DNA of 64,000 bases from Lama guanicoe (taxonomy: Eukaryota). A program made the position numbers and the translations under genes. The notes below the pieces were generated by a model. That model was not told the DNA's origin. It made no database searches and saw only the letters and a program-made list of their open reading frames with translations. Positions 1 through 11,945 of the stretch are shown piece after piece. Numbering within the stretch: position 1 is the stretch's first letter; every line of letters starts with the position of its first letter. Location: the NCBI GenBank assembly GCA_013239625.1, contig MU054391.1, positions 4,483,824 through 4,547,823 of the forward strand, given 5' to 3'.

Positions 1-129
1 ATCTCAGCAACTCTCAACCCACCCCTACCCTGTGTGCTTTGAAGCTGTTATTTGCTGAAAATATTTGCTTTCTCATTCTGTAGACATTCTTGGGCCTCCA
101 GAAGTCACACGATCTCAAAGACTTTGGAC

Positions 130-870
130 AGAAAATACAACCATCGTTTGCTAAGAGTCAGCCTTGGCATATGTATTCAACACTATGTTCTGAAAGATGT
201 TCGTCCAGCTCTTGCACAGCTCCTGAGAGTGTACAATAGTGAAATTAATGCTTTAGAAAATGATTTGATGCACGCACATGCACACGCATACAGTCTTAAA
301 ATGGTAATGTGATTTGACTTGGTAATTCCACTTGTATGAATATATATGAAAAATGAAGCCCCCAAAACATTGATAAAACAGCTTTTATGGAGCAATGTAT
401 TTATCATATTGTTTGCTATTGTTATGAAATAAAAACAGAATGCTCACTCATGTCCAATGGTAGGTGAATGGAGAAATTCAGACAGAAATTAGTTTGAATC
501 TGTTTGAAAATTTGAATAATTTGAAAATTAATTTATGGCAATACACCCAATGGAATGTCTTGCAGCCGTAATAAGCTATTTTTCCAAACTCATCATGATT
601 TGGAGGGATGTTTACTATATAGTATTAAAGGGCGAAAATAGGATAAATTACACAATATAGTCTCAACTATGGACAAATGAAAGTACCAAAAAATGAGAGG
701 AAATTTATCAAGATGGTAACAGTGGTTAGACAAGGAAAATAGGTTATAGATCCATTTTATTCCACTCTTTTCAATGAGGTATATTTTCCAAGTTGCATAG
801 AGTAAGTAGCTACTAATTTCAGGTGTAATAAAGACTCTTTTGAAAAGATGACCAATCTCAACATGCATAA
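130..870 (+). mobile_element. Ancient L1 (L1ME-like) 3' fragment
   Basis: Degenerate L1 3' motifs: 'gacttggtaattccacttgtatgaatatat', 'catgtccaatggtaggtgaatgg', 'caatggaatgtcttgcagcc'. Boundaries approximate. Confidence 0.6.
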
Positions 871-2329
871 TAATAATGAAATTTAAAGTTGATTAGCTGT
901 GTTTTAGAAGGCTTGCATCAGCTTTTCACACAATTGACTAGAGTAACCAAACATTTTCCATTTACGAAATGCAGCTGTGTCTCCGGTCCACTCTGTACCC
1001 ACTCTGCCAGAAAAGGGTTGAGAGCATGTGTCACAGAGACAGCAAGATTTTGTTCTTTAAGAAAAGAAAAAGAGACCATTGCTAGAAAAGCCACGGGCTC
1101 TGGGTCTGTAAGATGTGACACGTGAACATACTTTGTCTGTTCATTTGCTTCTCGTCTCCTGCTCTGTGTATACGTGTGTATGAATCTTTGCCCTGCCTGC
1201 CCCCGATTTTCCCCCAAGCCTCTGCATTTCCTTGGTCACCCTACAACTCTTGCCTTCCTCTCTCCACAGTCCATAAGGAAGGAGGAGGAGCGGACAGGTA
1301 CTGAGTTTGAGCAGCAGGCCAGGCGGTTTACAATTTTGTGAAACCGTTTCATCTTCCCACTGTCCATGAGAAGGGCTTCTTTTGACCTCCTTTTAAAGGT
1401 GAACAAAGGCTCTGGGACTTTTCCCCAGGCCTTCTGGTCAGTGGAAGTAAAGTGGGAGTTCAAATTTCTGGTCTGTCTGGCTCTAAATCCATTTTAGATT
1501 TGGCTGAATCCATTCCTCGCCCACGGTGTTGGATGTTCTCTCTTTGATATTAGATTCCAAAGACCCAATACAGGAGGACTTTGATGGGACTCTCAGAAAT
1601 TAGAGTGTGAGTCCCAGGTCCGTGTACAACCCAGAGTTACCTGTTACCCATAAATTTACTCGATTCACAAGGTAACTTACAAGCTTAAACATAATATTAA
1701 GTAGGAGAAGAAAGAAAGAAAATGATATCAAAACAGTTCAAATGAGCCAATTAATTGAAGTTACATGACATCAGATTGACCGGACATTGAGTGAGTCTTC
1801 CCTAAGCTCTCCAGTCACTATGTGAGGAGCTGCTTTCTTTGAATTCTATCAAACTTGCTTACTTTTTCTTTGAAGATGTGTTTCTGGTTATTTGGTGTCC
1901 TGAATTTGATAGCATCATTGATGTTCAAGTTGACTGTCTCTTGTAATGCTGTGGACCTAGAGAACGTGCTGTGGACTTCCAGATCGAAGACCTGTCCCTA
2001 GGGATCAGGTCTCATCAGTCTATCTGACCTCCGGGTCCTCTCCCATGTTCATGCATGCATACGCTCTGTCCCGGATTTGAACAGAGATGGCTCTTTCTCC
2101 AGCATTTTCAAGATATTGCTGCTGCCTGTAATCTTCTCCACAAAAACAGATTCCAAATAGCCCTATCTCAAGAAATGAAAAAAGGGAAAAAGGATTTTTG
2201 CTCACTCAGACTCTCCTCCCATCCGCCATCCTGGTCCCTTCCATTGCTAGATGGTTTAACATCCTTTACCAAAGCCCTGCTCTGCCCTCTCCTTCTCACT
2301 TCTCCTAAAGCTGTATCCATCACCTAGAT

Positions 2330-2700
2330 GTGACTGACTAAAAAGGAAATTGTGTTTTCCCTGACCTTCCTGCCCACCACTTCAACCTTGAATTTCTAGA
2401 CTCTGATTTGTTTTAATCACACACTCTCCCTAGCAACTCAAATTCAAGCAGTGTGAAATCCTACTCATCCTCGTCTTCCTTCAGCTGGTTCTGTCTGCAG
2501 ACTCTTTTCTGGTCAGTGGAATGTCCAGCCATGGGGACTCAGACTTGAGTATGATTTCTGAATCCTTCCACACTGGGATTTCTCCGTTCAACCAGCCATT
2601 TGCTCTTCACCCACTAGCACTCATAGCAAACCAACTCTGCAACCCCTTCAAAGCCAAGTTGGTCCCATTCCCAATTCTGAGACCCTTTTTGACAGATATC
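2330..2700 (+). mobile_element. L2 fragment
   Basis: Pyrimidine-rich L2-like text 'ctcaaattcaagcagtgtgaaatcctactcatcctc...tctggtcagtggaatgtccagccat'. Confidence 0.4.
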
Positions 2701-3349
2701 TGAAACTGCCAATAGCTGGAGGGCTCTGGGTACTGCCCCCCTCAGAATCTCAGGTACTATGTCATCGCTAAAAGAAATCTCAGCTGAATTCTGACACACA
2801 TCCACTACTTACTAGTCAACAGGCAAAAAGTGCATCCAATAACCTCCTGCTGGATGGAAGTCCAGCTCCCCATGCTTTCTAGTACTGAGTGTTTGGATGA
2901 AATATCCACTCAGTGCTGATGTGACAGTATTCTAGCAGCATCGTTCAGCTGACCTAGTTTAAGTCAAGTGACAAAAAAATCGACTAAACACAGACAGGCT
3001 TGGAATCCTTAGCCTAAGGGTCTATTGTAATGGATGTTGGAAATTAGACTTCCTGGATTTTTATACCTTGGTCACACAAGGGCAGAACTGACTGTATAAT
3101 ACATCTAGCCAGACCATATGTGTTTCTCCATCAGTTTTATTTAGTTGTATTTTAGTTTAAGCATCAGTAATCCTACCACCTTAAAAAAAAGGCGAGGGTA
3201 GGGGCTGCTGAGATCTTGACAGTAAGCCTCATGAATGGTCTTTCTAGTCCTTCCATTCTAAATCTTCACCAGGGTGGTGGAATTCTGTGCCCAACATTCT
3301 TTTTTTCCCTGCTTAGATTCTTCTGTTGTATCTACATGTGCTCCTTAAA

Positions 3350-4130
3350 AAAGTGTATATGCATATTTTTATTGTGATTATTTTTAACTTAAGATTACAT
3401 TGTATATAGTCTTTACCACTCTTTTCACCTATAATATCTTAATATACACTCACATTGTTGCATGTAGCTGTAGTTGCTTTGACTTTTTTATGTCTATTTA
3501 TTCATCCACTTTCTAGTTGATGGATGTGGAGATTATTTCCAGATTTGGGGTTTTTTGTTGTTGTTATTATTCTTTTGAACAATTCTGCTGTAAACGATTT
3601 TGTACAAGTCTCTTTTGGGGGGGCAGTAATTAGAGTGATTTATTTACTTATTTATTTCAGTGGAAGTACTGGGGATTGAACCCAGGACCTGGCACATGCT
3701 AAGCATGCATTCTTCCACTGAGCTATACCTTCACCACAACAAGCCTCTTGTCATTCATATACAAAAGCTTATATTGAGCATAAATTGAGTTGGGGAATTA
3801 CAGGGTCAATAGGGTAAATGAACGTCGAGAATATGCCAAACGCTCCTCCACCATGGTTTCAGCAATGGACCTCCCACCAGCAGTGTAAAAGGGACCCTCT
3901 GTGACACGTGTCTCTCCAGCAATTATTTTTAATTGGTATTTAAGATAATAAAATTTTTAATTATCGTCAACTGAATGGTATAGAAGTGTTATCTCAGTGT
4001 GGTCTTGATTCACATTACCACGATCACAGAATAATTAAGTATTTATTGGCTAGAAAACGTGTTTATCTTTTGACCATGTTTCAATCAAGAGAGGTTCTTA
4101 ATAAGTTTAGAGTTTTTTAATGTGTTCTTG
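3350..4130 (-). mobile_element. Old antisense L1M fragment, interrupted by a SINE
   Basis: Antisense L1 motifs 'ttattcatccactttctagttgatgga', 'cctcccaccagcagtgtaaaaggg', 'tatctcagtgtggtcttgattcacatt'. Confidence 0.7.
3615..3738 (-). mobile_element. tRNA-Ala-derived camelid SINE (Vic-1-like)
   Basis: Reverse complement of the SINE head (ggggattgaacccaggacc...gctaagcatgc...ccactgagctatacc) with AT-rich tail. TSD acaagtctctt (3604-3614) / acaagcctctt (3739-3749). Confidence 0.9.
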
Positions 4131-4589
4131 ACATGAGTCGACATATCTTAACCACCATTAATTTCAGCAACGAAAAACTAGCCAACTTTTAATAAAATAT
4201 GTCATTCAACAAATCATTCGATTATAATGGAAGTTAGCAGAAGGGTGTAACAGTAACCTTTCCTATAATACTTGTCCTCAATTAGTACATATAAATGTTA
4301 ATGAATTTCCCCTTGGAGTATAATTTAAAGTTTGCATATTTGTGTGCTTACCTACATACATAGACATACACCCATGCACACACACACACAACACACTGCC
4401 TAAAATGAATAACAGTGTAATGTTCATCTTTTCCAACCCATGGCCACCATCTTGTTTCCCCTCAGCAAGACCTTGAGTCCCTTCCAAGGTCCCTGTGTCC
4501 AGTCTCTCCTCTTCATGTGGCCTGCATACTGACCTCAGACTCCTCTCCCAGAACATCAGTTTTGCTCACTCTAATAATTAGAGCAATGG

Positions 4590-4905
4590 TTACACCCTTC
4601 ATTGGCTAGTACACAAAGCAAAAATTCGTAACCCGGCACCTCAGTCCCACTTGACCTAAGCTGTCTTCCCAGGCAAACCTGCCCCTGTTTTCCCAAACCT
4701 CTGGGGCGAAAGGGCCTCCATCCCAATTCTAGCATTTGGCAGCTGCGTGACACACAGAGGAAGTCACTGAACCCAAAGAACACCCAATCACAGTGCCTAA
4801 CTCATGGGTTCACAGGGTCAACGTGGGGGTGAGGTGAAGTAATACTTTGTCAACATTTAGTATAATGTCTGCAAAGTAAGCAATCGCTGAACGTTTGTAG
4901 TCATT
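4590..4905 (+). mobile_element. MIR fragment(s)
   Basis: Degenerate MIR body and 3' end 'acatttagtataatgtctgcaaagtaagcaatcgctgaacgtttg'. Confidence 0.45.
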
Positions 4906-5039
4906 TACGTGCCTAGTTTTGTTGGAATTCTTATCTTATTATAGCCAAACTGTCCATCTTGTTAACCCCTCCGCATCGGTGGAGTGATTCATCTGGCTGC
5001 ACTCCCTGCATCCTTACCAAGTTGTCTTCCTCAGCTGCA

Positions 5040-5262
5040 CGTATGATGACATGGAACGCTGTCATCTTCAGAACTTCTAAGCACGTGGTAACACTTCTTC
5101 TATAATGTGTCTGCCTGGCAGTTCCTTGTACAAATACATTTCCATCATTCGTGTGCTGCTTGAGGGGAGAACTATTCTGTTCATCGCCTTTTTTCCAGCA
5201 TCTAGTGCCCAGCCCAGAACGAAACAGATGCTCCAAAAATGTATGTCATTTGAATGCTTTAT
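5040..5262 (+). mobile_element. L2 3' end
   Basis: 'ttttccagcatctagtgcccagcccagaacgaaacagatgctccaaaaatgtatgtcatttgaatg' resembles the L2 terminal stem and tail. Confidence 0.55.
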
Positions 5263-5345
5263 TCCTCTTCTTTCCTCTTTCCCTCTTTCTTGCATTCCTT
5301 AAAAAAAAAACTCACATGTAAAACCCTTATTAAAAAAGTTATTTT

Positions 5346-5490
5346 GTGGGAGGAAGGATATAGCTCAGTGGTAGAGCACATGCTTAGCATGCACGAGGTC
5401 CTAGGTTCAATCCCCAGCACCTCTGTTTAAAAAAAATAATAATAAAATAAATAAATACATCTAATTACCCTCCCCCCCAAAAAAAAACTT
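5346..5490 (+). mobile_element. tRNA-Ala-derived camelid SINE (Vic-1-like) with intact Pol III A/B boxes
   Basis: A box TAGCTCAGTGG 5361-5371, AGC anticodon-like loop TTAGCAT, B box GTTCAATCC 5405-5413, then A-rich segment, 'ctaattaccctccccccc' and poly(A). Imperfect TSD aaaagttatttt / aaaggttatttt. Confidence 0.93.
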
Positions 5491-6739
5491 TATAAAGGTT
5501 ATTTTTACTTGTAACTCTTTTAAAACCATCACTCACGACACCCAGTCTACTCGGCTACTTGTCCCATTTCCCCCTCCCAGTAACCCTGTGCACCTCTCTC
5601 CTTCCTCGCGTCTCTCTGTTTTCCTGAACCAATCAAGGTGTGGAGCCCTTGAGACCTTAGTTCTTATTCTGTCTGGCTGCGTTTCTGGAGAGGATGTTCC
5701 CAGCCATAGTGTTCTCTTCCTTTAAAACTGCAGGGAGGAGAAACGATTGGAGCAGATAACCCCTCGGTACTCTGGTCCCCGGGGTCAGAGCTGCGGTGGG
5801 GAGGGGAGGAGTGAAGCGTGGGATCCCAGCACATCAACATACATGCCTTTGTTGTTGTTTGTAACATCATCATGCGTTCAGATTATGCCTGGGGAGAGAT
5901 CACATTCATAAAACAAACTGTTCTGCACATCTAACTTTAATGTCTTGAAGCATTACTTCTCCCATCACTCTCCCCCTGGCCTGAGACAAGTCCCGTAATG
6001 CAAAGTGTCACGTTCTGTCTCATGTCACTCACAATCACAATCACTAGATTATTTGATTAATTTCATAAGATAGCTCAGTCAATTCAATGAGCAGTGCTCG
6101 TGTTGAAGGTCCAGTGTACAACCCAGAGCTGACAGCTTTCTTCAGTGTATGCTCAGACATCATGGAGCAAGACGCTCCATCAGGGTGAGAAGGGGATCCC
6201 TCAGGATCTCAGCGGCACGCTCTGTTTACTCTTAGATGTCAAATGACACGTTTCAGAGGGAAACAAAAATCAGTCATTGCCTATTATCTATTTTTGAAAA
6301 CCTATTATGCTAAGGGTAAAAAGAGGAAGCAGGATGATGTAAAAGTGGGTACCTGTACATAAATGATGCTATGATCACGTGCACAATCATATTCTTGGAG
6401 CTCATTACTCAGGAGATCCAGCCGACCTCTGCTCTGTGACTGTGGGTCAGGATCCAGTGCAGAAAACAGAAGCTACTCCAGGTATTTGGAAGACAAAAAT
6501 ACTTACTACAATGATTTGGGTGCTCACAAAAATCACAGAGCAGACTAGAGGACTGGAGGTGGGAGAGCTGCCTTCCAAATTCCACCCAGCTCCTTCTGAT
6601 GGTGGGGGAGACATTCTCATTCAAAACCCTGGTGGCTGAGAAGCACAAGCTTTAGCTTTCCCACCTCTCCAGGCAGAAAGGCGAATGCGGGTTGCGGGAG
6701 CCCCTCCAGTGTGGGGTACAAATGAGTTGCTGGAATATC

Positions 6740-6920
6740 GTCTAGAGCCAGTTTTAGGCTCGGAACACTTGTCCTTGAGCAAGTCGGTCACTGCCTCTGA
6801 GCCTAGGCTTTAACCCCAGCAGGATGAAGACAGTCCTGTCCTTGTCACACTGTTGTGAGGACGAAGTATGATGCACAGGAAGGCAGAGCCGGTGCCAGGA
6901 ACGCAGGAGGCGCTCGATGG
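6740..6920 (+). mobile_element. MIR fragment
   Basis: 'gtccttgagcaagtcggtcactgcctctgagcct...tgttgtgaggacgaag...ggtgccaggaacgcaggaggcgctcgat'. Confidence 0.6.
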
Positions 6921-7479
6921 ACCGAAGCTGCCGCTGCCCTCACTCAGGAATGAAACTGCAGAGATGTCAGCAGGCAAACGAGTGTTTTCCCAGCTCAAAC
7001 GTGACTGTGAAGACAAACCTTACGTACCAACTGTATGTTTGGATTTTTTCATGACCCACCCTGGTAAATGGTCACAGCAACCCCAAGGGGTCCACGTCTG
7101 CATTCTGCGACTGAAGACCAGAGGATCAGAGAGAACGTGTACCTGACAGAACCTGGAACAAGACCCTCACCTCCCTCCCTCTTCTCCCCACCACACACAC
7201 AGCAGCTGAGTAAAGTCCCGTGTCCTTTCTTGGATGCCGCCCTGGAAGGACTAACACTGATGTCAGAATCTGTCACTCAGGTCACTGTTCATTACTTGCA
7301 CGGATGGGGAAAGTGTGGACCTTATCCATCAGTCTTTCTGCAGCCTGACAGACGTCCACCTAACTCTCCACTCATCACCTCTTCGTGACTATGTAAAATT
7401 TCCTATCCCGTCATCTGCATTGACAGACAAATCCTAGCAATGTCGTTTCTGCCCCCTCCCCGAGCCTTCCAGTTACGGG

Positions 7480-7680
7480 GAGCTCATTCATTCATTGGCA
7501 CATCACCTTGTCTTTGTGGCTAATGGGCTAGGCTTCCTGATGGAGATTCAGAGACGAGTCAGGCCCAGACCCTCCCCTCAGAAGTACACAGTCCTGTGAG
7601 GGAGACTATGTGCACCCAAGCTGGACATCTGAAAAGCTGGCAGGCACTCTGGAGGGCAGGATTCAGTCTACACCCATAAA
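7480..7680 (-). mobile_element. L2 fragment
   Basis: Begins 'tcattcattcattggcacatc' and continues 'cccagaccctcccctcagaagtacacagtcctgtgaggggagac'. Confidence 0.55.
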
Positions 7681-9269
7681 TGAGCAACGAAAAATTACGA
7701 CCACATAGTAATTTCTGTTTTGATGTTTGTATAATGACATGAAACAGGGAACTTACAAGCTACGTGAAGAAAAAGGATACTAAATTGTAGATAAAGAAGG
7801 ATGTAGATAAATATGCACTGAAGAAGATTTAATTAAACTAAATCAAAATGTAGTCATGCTTGGATGGTATAATCCATTTTTTCTACACTTCTATGTTTAA
7901 TAAATTTTCAACTATGACCATGCTTTGTTTTTATAATCAAGAGAAAAGAATCTTTATTTTTTAAGAGATTTTTCTTCTTGGTGTGATAGTCAAAAAAGAA
8001 TGGTAGAAATTAAGAGATGCTAGTTTTATAGATAAGAAACAAGGAAACGTTTTGGGGGTGCATTTCAAAATTGACATAAGAAAGCTTCATAGCAAGTGGA
8101 CATGGAGAAGTGGTCAGAGTGTGGAAAGTTCTAGAAGGACCTCCAGACCCTCTTGAAGTGGCCAGGAGAGGGAAGAATCTAGGCAGGGAGACTTCCCTAC
8201 AGAAATCCTAAAATACAATGAGCACTGACTCTTAAAATAAAGGGAGAGCCTGTGGAGTCGAACAGAGTTGCAGAGAGCAGAAGGATGTCTATTAAACAGG
8301 GAATTAGAATCTCCCAAGCAGAAGGAAGGTGTGATGTCCACAACTAGCTTTAAAACCAGTGATCTTTAAAGCCCCAGGGGTGTCCGAGTCACATGCGAAT
8401 AGGTGGAAGCTTGGCAGGTGTGTTAGACACGTTAATGTGGAGCAGGCGTCCAAAGGTTGTGAATCAGTAAACATGTGTTTCCGGAGACTCTCCCCCCGCA
8501 CGTCTCGTCTTCCCCGGGGTGAAGGCAGAGCTGCAGGGGGTGTGGAAACAACTGCGCGCCGGTCCCTCCCAGAGGCTCACGGCTCTGGAGTCTGGTGGGG
8601 CTGGAGAGGCTGCCACTCAAGGGTGAGATCAGCCACTTCATGCAGCCAGTGCAGAACAGTCATGCTCCCAAGATAGCAGTGACTAAGGCGGCAATAATGC
8701 TAAAATCATGCTGGCGCCCAGGTCGAAGGCAAAGATGCTCCCTGGCCCCTGCTGAAGGCTAGATCAGAGGGGAGGATAGCATAGATTCTGGGTTTTTTAC
8801 AAGTGCACTAAAAACGTCTCTGGCATCACTTCACCGGCACGTCATTTTAAACATATTTGCCCATAAATAATGTCACAGCTCGTTACACTAAACCAGATGC
8901 AAACTGCCTGTCCTAGACCACTGCCCATCATCCACACAAGGACAGCTCAGCTGCTTTATTTCAGTCCAGCCCCAGTGTTCAAGTGAGTCACTGGTTCAAA
9001 TGCATAGTCTCTGGTACCTGGTGCGGTAGGTCTGGAGTGAGCCCCAGCAATTCACATGTTAATAGCACCTCAGTTCATCGCGATAGGAGGAATCCCCAGA
9101 TTTAACTCAGAAATGCTGCTCTGGCGTCTTTACTAATCAGTGACCAGCACTTTCTAAACTACCATCAGCTTCACAAATACAGTTAAATATAGTCATGTAA
9201 ACCCCTGAAGCCCTAACACCAATTCTTAATAAGATCAAATTGTTGATTCCATAGTCAATCTGATGGTTA

Positions 9270-9915
9270 GCAATATTTCAACATATTGTTGGATGGAGAC
9301 AAACTGAACTATTTCATGACTCCGAAATCTTCAGATGACACTAGGTGACGAGAGATCACCAAGACATTATTCGACAGCTGGATCAGGATTTCAGAATGTG
9401 CTGGCATTCGTGGGAAACCTGAGTCCAAGTTAACCAGATGAGAATAAATACATATAAATAACCAGTTCTGCTTTTGAGTCAAAAAGCCATAAGCTCAAGG
9501 ATGAGATAACCTGGTTTAGTAGGTCAACAAGGCTCAGAGGTGAGAAATGGGCTCCCCTGGATGGATATGATTGGACGCCAACGCTCAGTGCTCGTGGCAG
9601 AGGAAAGAATAACCCAGGACGGCACTGCCCAAACCACATCAGGAGTGCTGGATTCTGCCCTGGGAACCACATTTTAGGAAGAAAACTTTGCAAATTGAAG
9701 CATATCCAACAGAGAAAATCGTGATGGTGGAGGTCTTGGAAAACATTCCATCTGAGGGAAAAATGAAGGAATGAGAAACGTTCTTGTGTGGAAAACACAA
9801 GACTTGAGAGGGATATTAGCCCTGCTATCAAATCTATGGAAAGCTCTCATGAAAGACTAATTCAGTTCACCCTTCGTTGTCCCAGAGGGTAAAATTGAGG
9901 TCAATGGGAAGAAAA
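9270..9915 (+). mobile_element. CR1/L3 LINE ORF2 fossil (RT and C-terminal region)
   Basis: Broken translations match CR1 motifs: KSSDDTR (~KFADDTKL) near 9325, ALPKPHQECWILPWEPHFRK from 9622 (~[20 protein letters not shown]), VVPEGKIEVNGKK near 9876 (~VAPEGRTRxNGWKL). Confidence 0.8.
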
Positions 9916-11114
9916 ATAATAAGCAATAGTGCCTCTGAGAAGGGCGTCTGTCGGTTGTTCCCCACAGTGCACCTCCATCATGGAGCCCACCTACCTCTGC
10001 CTGGTTCCAGGCTCGTGGACCAATCGCTCCGTCACTCCTCTGGGTCTGCATCCTTCAGGCTCTTCCCCTAAAATGGCCTCTCTTATTTGTCTACCTGATT
10101 ACACCTACTCGTTATTGTGGACTCCATTATCTCATCTTCTGTGAAATCTTGGTCCCAACATCTCCTGCACTGCAGAGACTTGGCCTTCGGGGCACCACAG
10201 AATTCTCAGCCCCCTCTGTCCTTCTCAGGCCCCTGTGGACTTCTCCATCACAGCAGCCTCACTGTTAGATTAACACCTTGTACACGTCCCTCCTCATTCA
10301 CTGAGCTATGACTGAGTGTTACTGATTTTTTCATCCCCAGAAACAAACAGTCTTAAGAGATACAGAGAGAGACAGAGAAAAAAAGTTAGTCTAGAATCCA
10401 TGGCTAATTTGCTTACACTTCCCAGGTGTGAACTAAATCAGGAGTGAGACCCAAACTAGAAACTTCACTCTTAGAGAAGGCTTTTAAGGCATGACTAATG
10501 GCACGCTTTTAGAAGAAATCAGTGTGGAGAGATGAGGACTCAGTCTGATGCACCGCCATGAACTCCCTCTGTATGAAAACCACATGGTAACTTGGCAGTG
10601 AACTCCTGGTAGGAGATCCAAAGAGAAAGAATAGAAATGCTGTTCCTTAGAATTCAGCAGTGGCCCCTGGAGCAGAAGAAACAAAATCTTGAGCATTTGT
10701 TTCACTTTAACTCTCTTATTTGATTGCTCGTATTTCTAAGATAAAGTAGGAACATTATACTTAAAGTTGATTTGTCCTGCACCAATAGTATTTCATCATA
10801 TTTAAAGCCAATATTATGAAAACCAAAATTATCCTAATCAAGTATATAAAATGAAGACATAAAATTTGAGAGCTGAATTGTATCATGTTTCACTGAGAAT
10901 GTATAATGACAAATAACGCTCCCTCATAAAAGTGGTTATATATTACTTACTTTTCAAATGCAGACATGGAATAATACCAATGAAGTGTCATTAAACAGAC
11001 CGTGTTGTGATTCCCAAAATCTCCAGATTTGAAATCAGTTGTCAACTGCCCTATCCTGGAAGGCCACCAGACAACAGACAAATGGAACAATGATGTGTTC
11101 TCAACAGAACAAGC

Positions 11115-11945
11115 TTAAAAGATAGTCAAATTTCTCCAAAGAAGATATACAAAGAGCCAATGATCACATGAAAATATACTCAACATCATTAGTCATCTGG
11201 ATAATACAAATCAAAACCTCAATTATATTCCACTTTGCACCCTACTAGGTTGGCTAAAATCAAAAAGACAGACTATAACAAATGTTGACAAGGATGTGGA
11301 GAAATCAGAACCCTCACACACTGCTGGTGAGAATGTAATGTGTTGTATCCTACTTTTGAAAACAACCTGATAGCTCCTTAAATGATTAAACATAGAGTTA
11401 CCATGTAAGCCAGCAATTCCACTCCTAAGTACATAGCCAAGAGAAATAAAAATACATTCACAAAAAGTCTTGTACACAAATATTCATAACAATATTATTT
11501 ATAACAGCCCAAAGGTGGAAAGAACCCAACTGACCATCAACTGATGAATGGATAAACAAAATGTGGCATGCCCAAAAATGGAATATTATTCAGCCATAAA
11601 AATTAATGAAGTATTGATCTATCTACAACNNNNNNNNNNNNNNNNNNNNNNNNNNNNNNNNNNNNNNNNNNNNNNNNNNNNNNNNNNNNNNNNNNNNNNN
11701 NNNNNNNNNNNNNNNNNNNNNNNNNNNNNNNNNNNNNNNNNNNNNNNNNNNNNNNNNNNNNNNNNNNNNNNAGAAAGACTTGAGGAATAACAGCTAAAGG
11801 GAAAGTGTTTCTTTTTGGACTAAAGAACATGTTGTAATTTTGTCTTTGGTGACAGTCCCATAACTGTGACTACACTACAAATCATTGAACCATATACTTG
11901 AAGTGGTATGTGAATTATATCTCAATAAAATGATAACAAAAAAGA
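11115..11945 (+). mobile_element. L1MB-like 3' portion (ORF2 end and 3' UTR), spanning an N gap
   Basis: 'tttctccaaagaagatatac', 'ggatgtggagaaatcagaaccctcacacactgctggtgagaatgtaa', 'ccagcaattccactcctaag', 'aatggaatattattcagccataaaa', ending 'atatctcaataaaa'. Confidence 0.92.
11630..11771. other. Assembly gap (N run)
   Basis: 142 N, inside an L1. Confidence 1.

Noticed and set aside
5346-5425. tRNA-Ala(AGC)-like sequence (also at 3660-3735, 24655-24733, 35402-35478)
   Set aside because: Each copy has the SINE-specific tail and a TSD, so these are SINE heads, not tRNA genes.
1622-6128. Exact 15-mer gtgtacaacccagag at 1622-1636 and 6114-6128
   Set aside because: About two such 15-mer pairs are expected by chance in 64 kb, and the flanks do not extend convincingly.
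11548-11830. ORFs containing long X runs (also near 34.1-34.8 kb and 41.1-41.5 kb)
   Set aside because: Artefacts of translating through N gaps.
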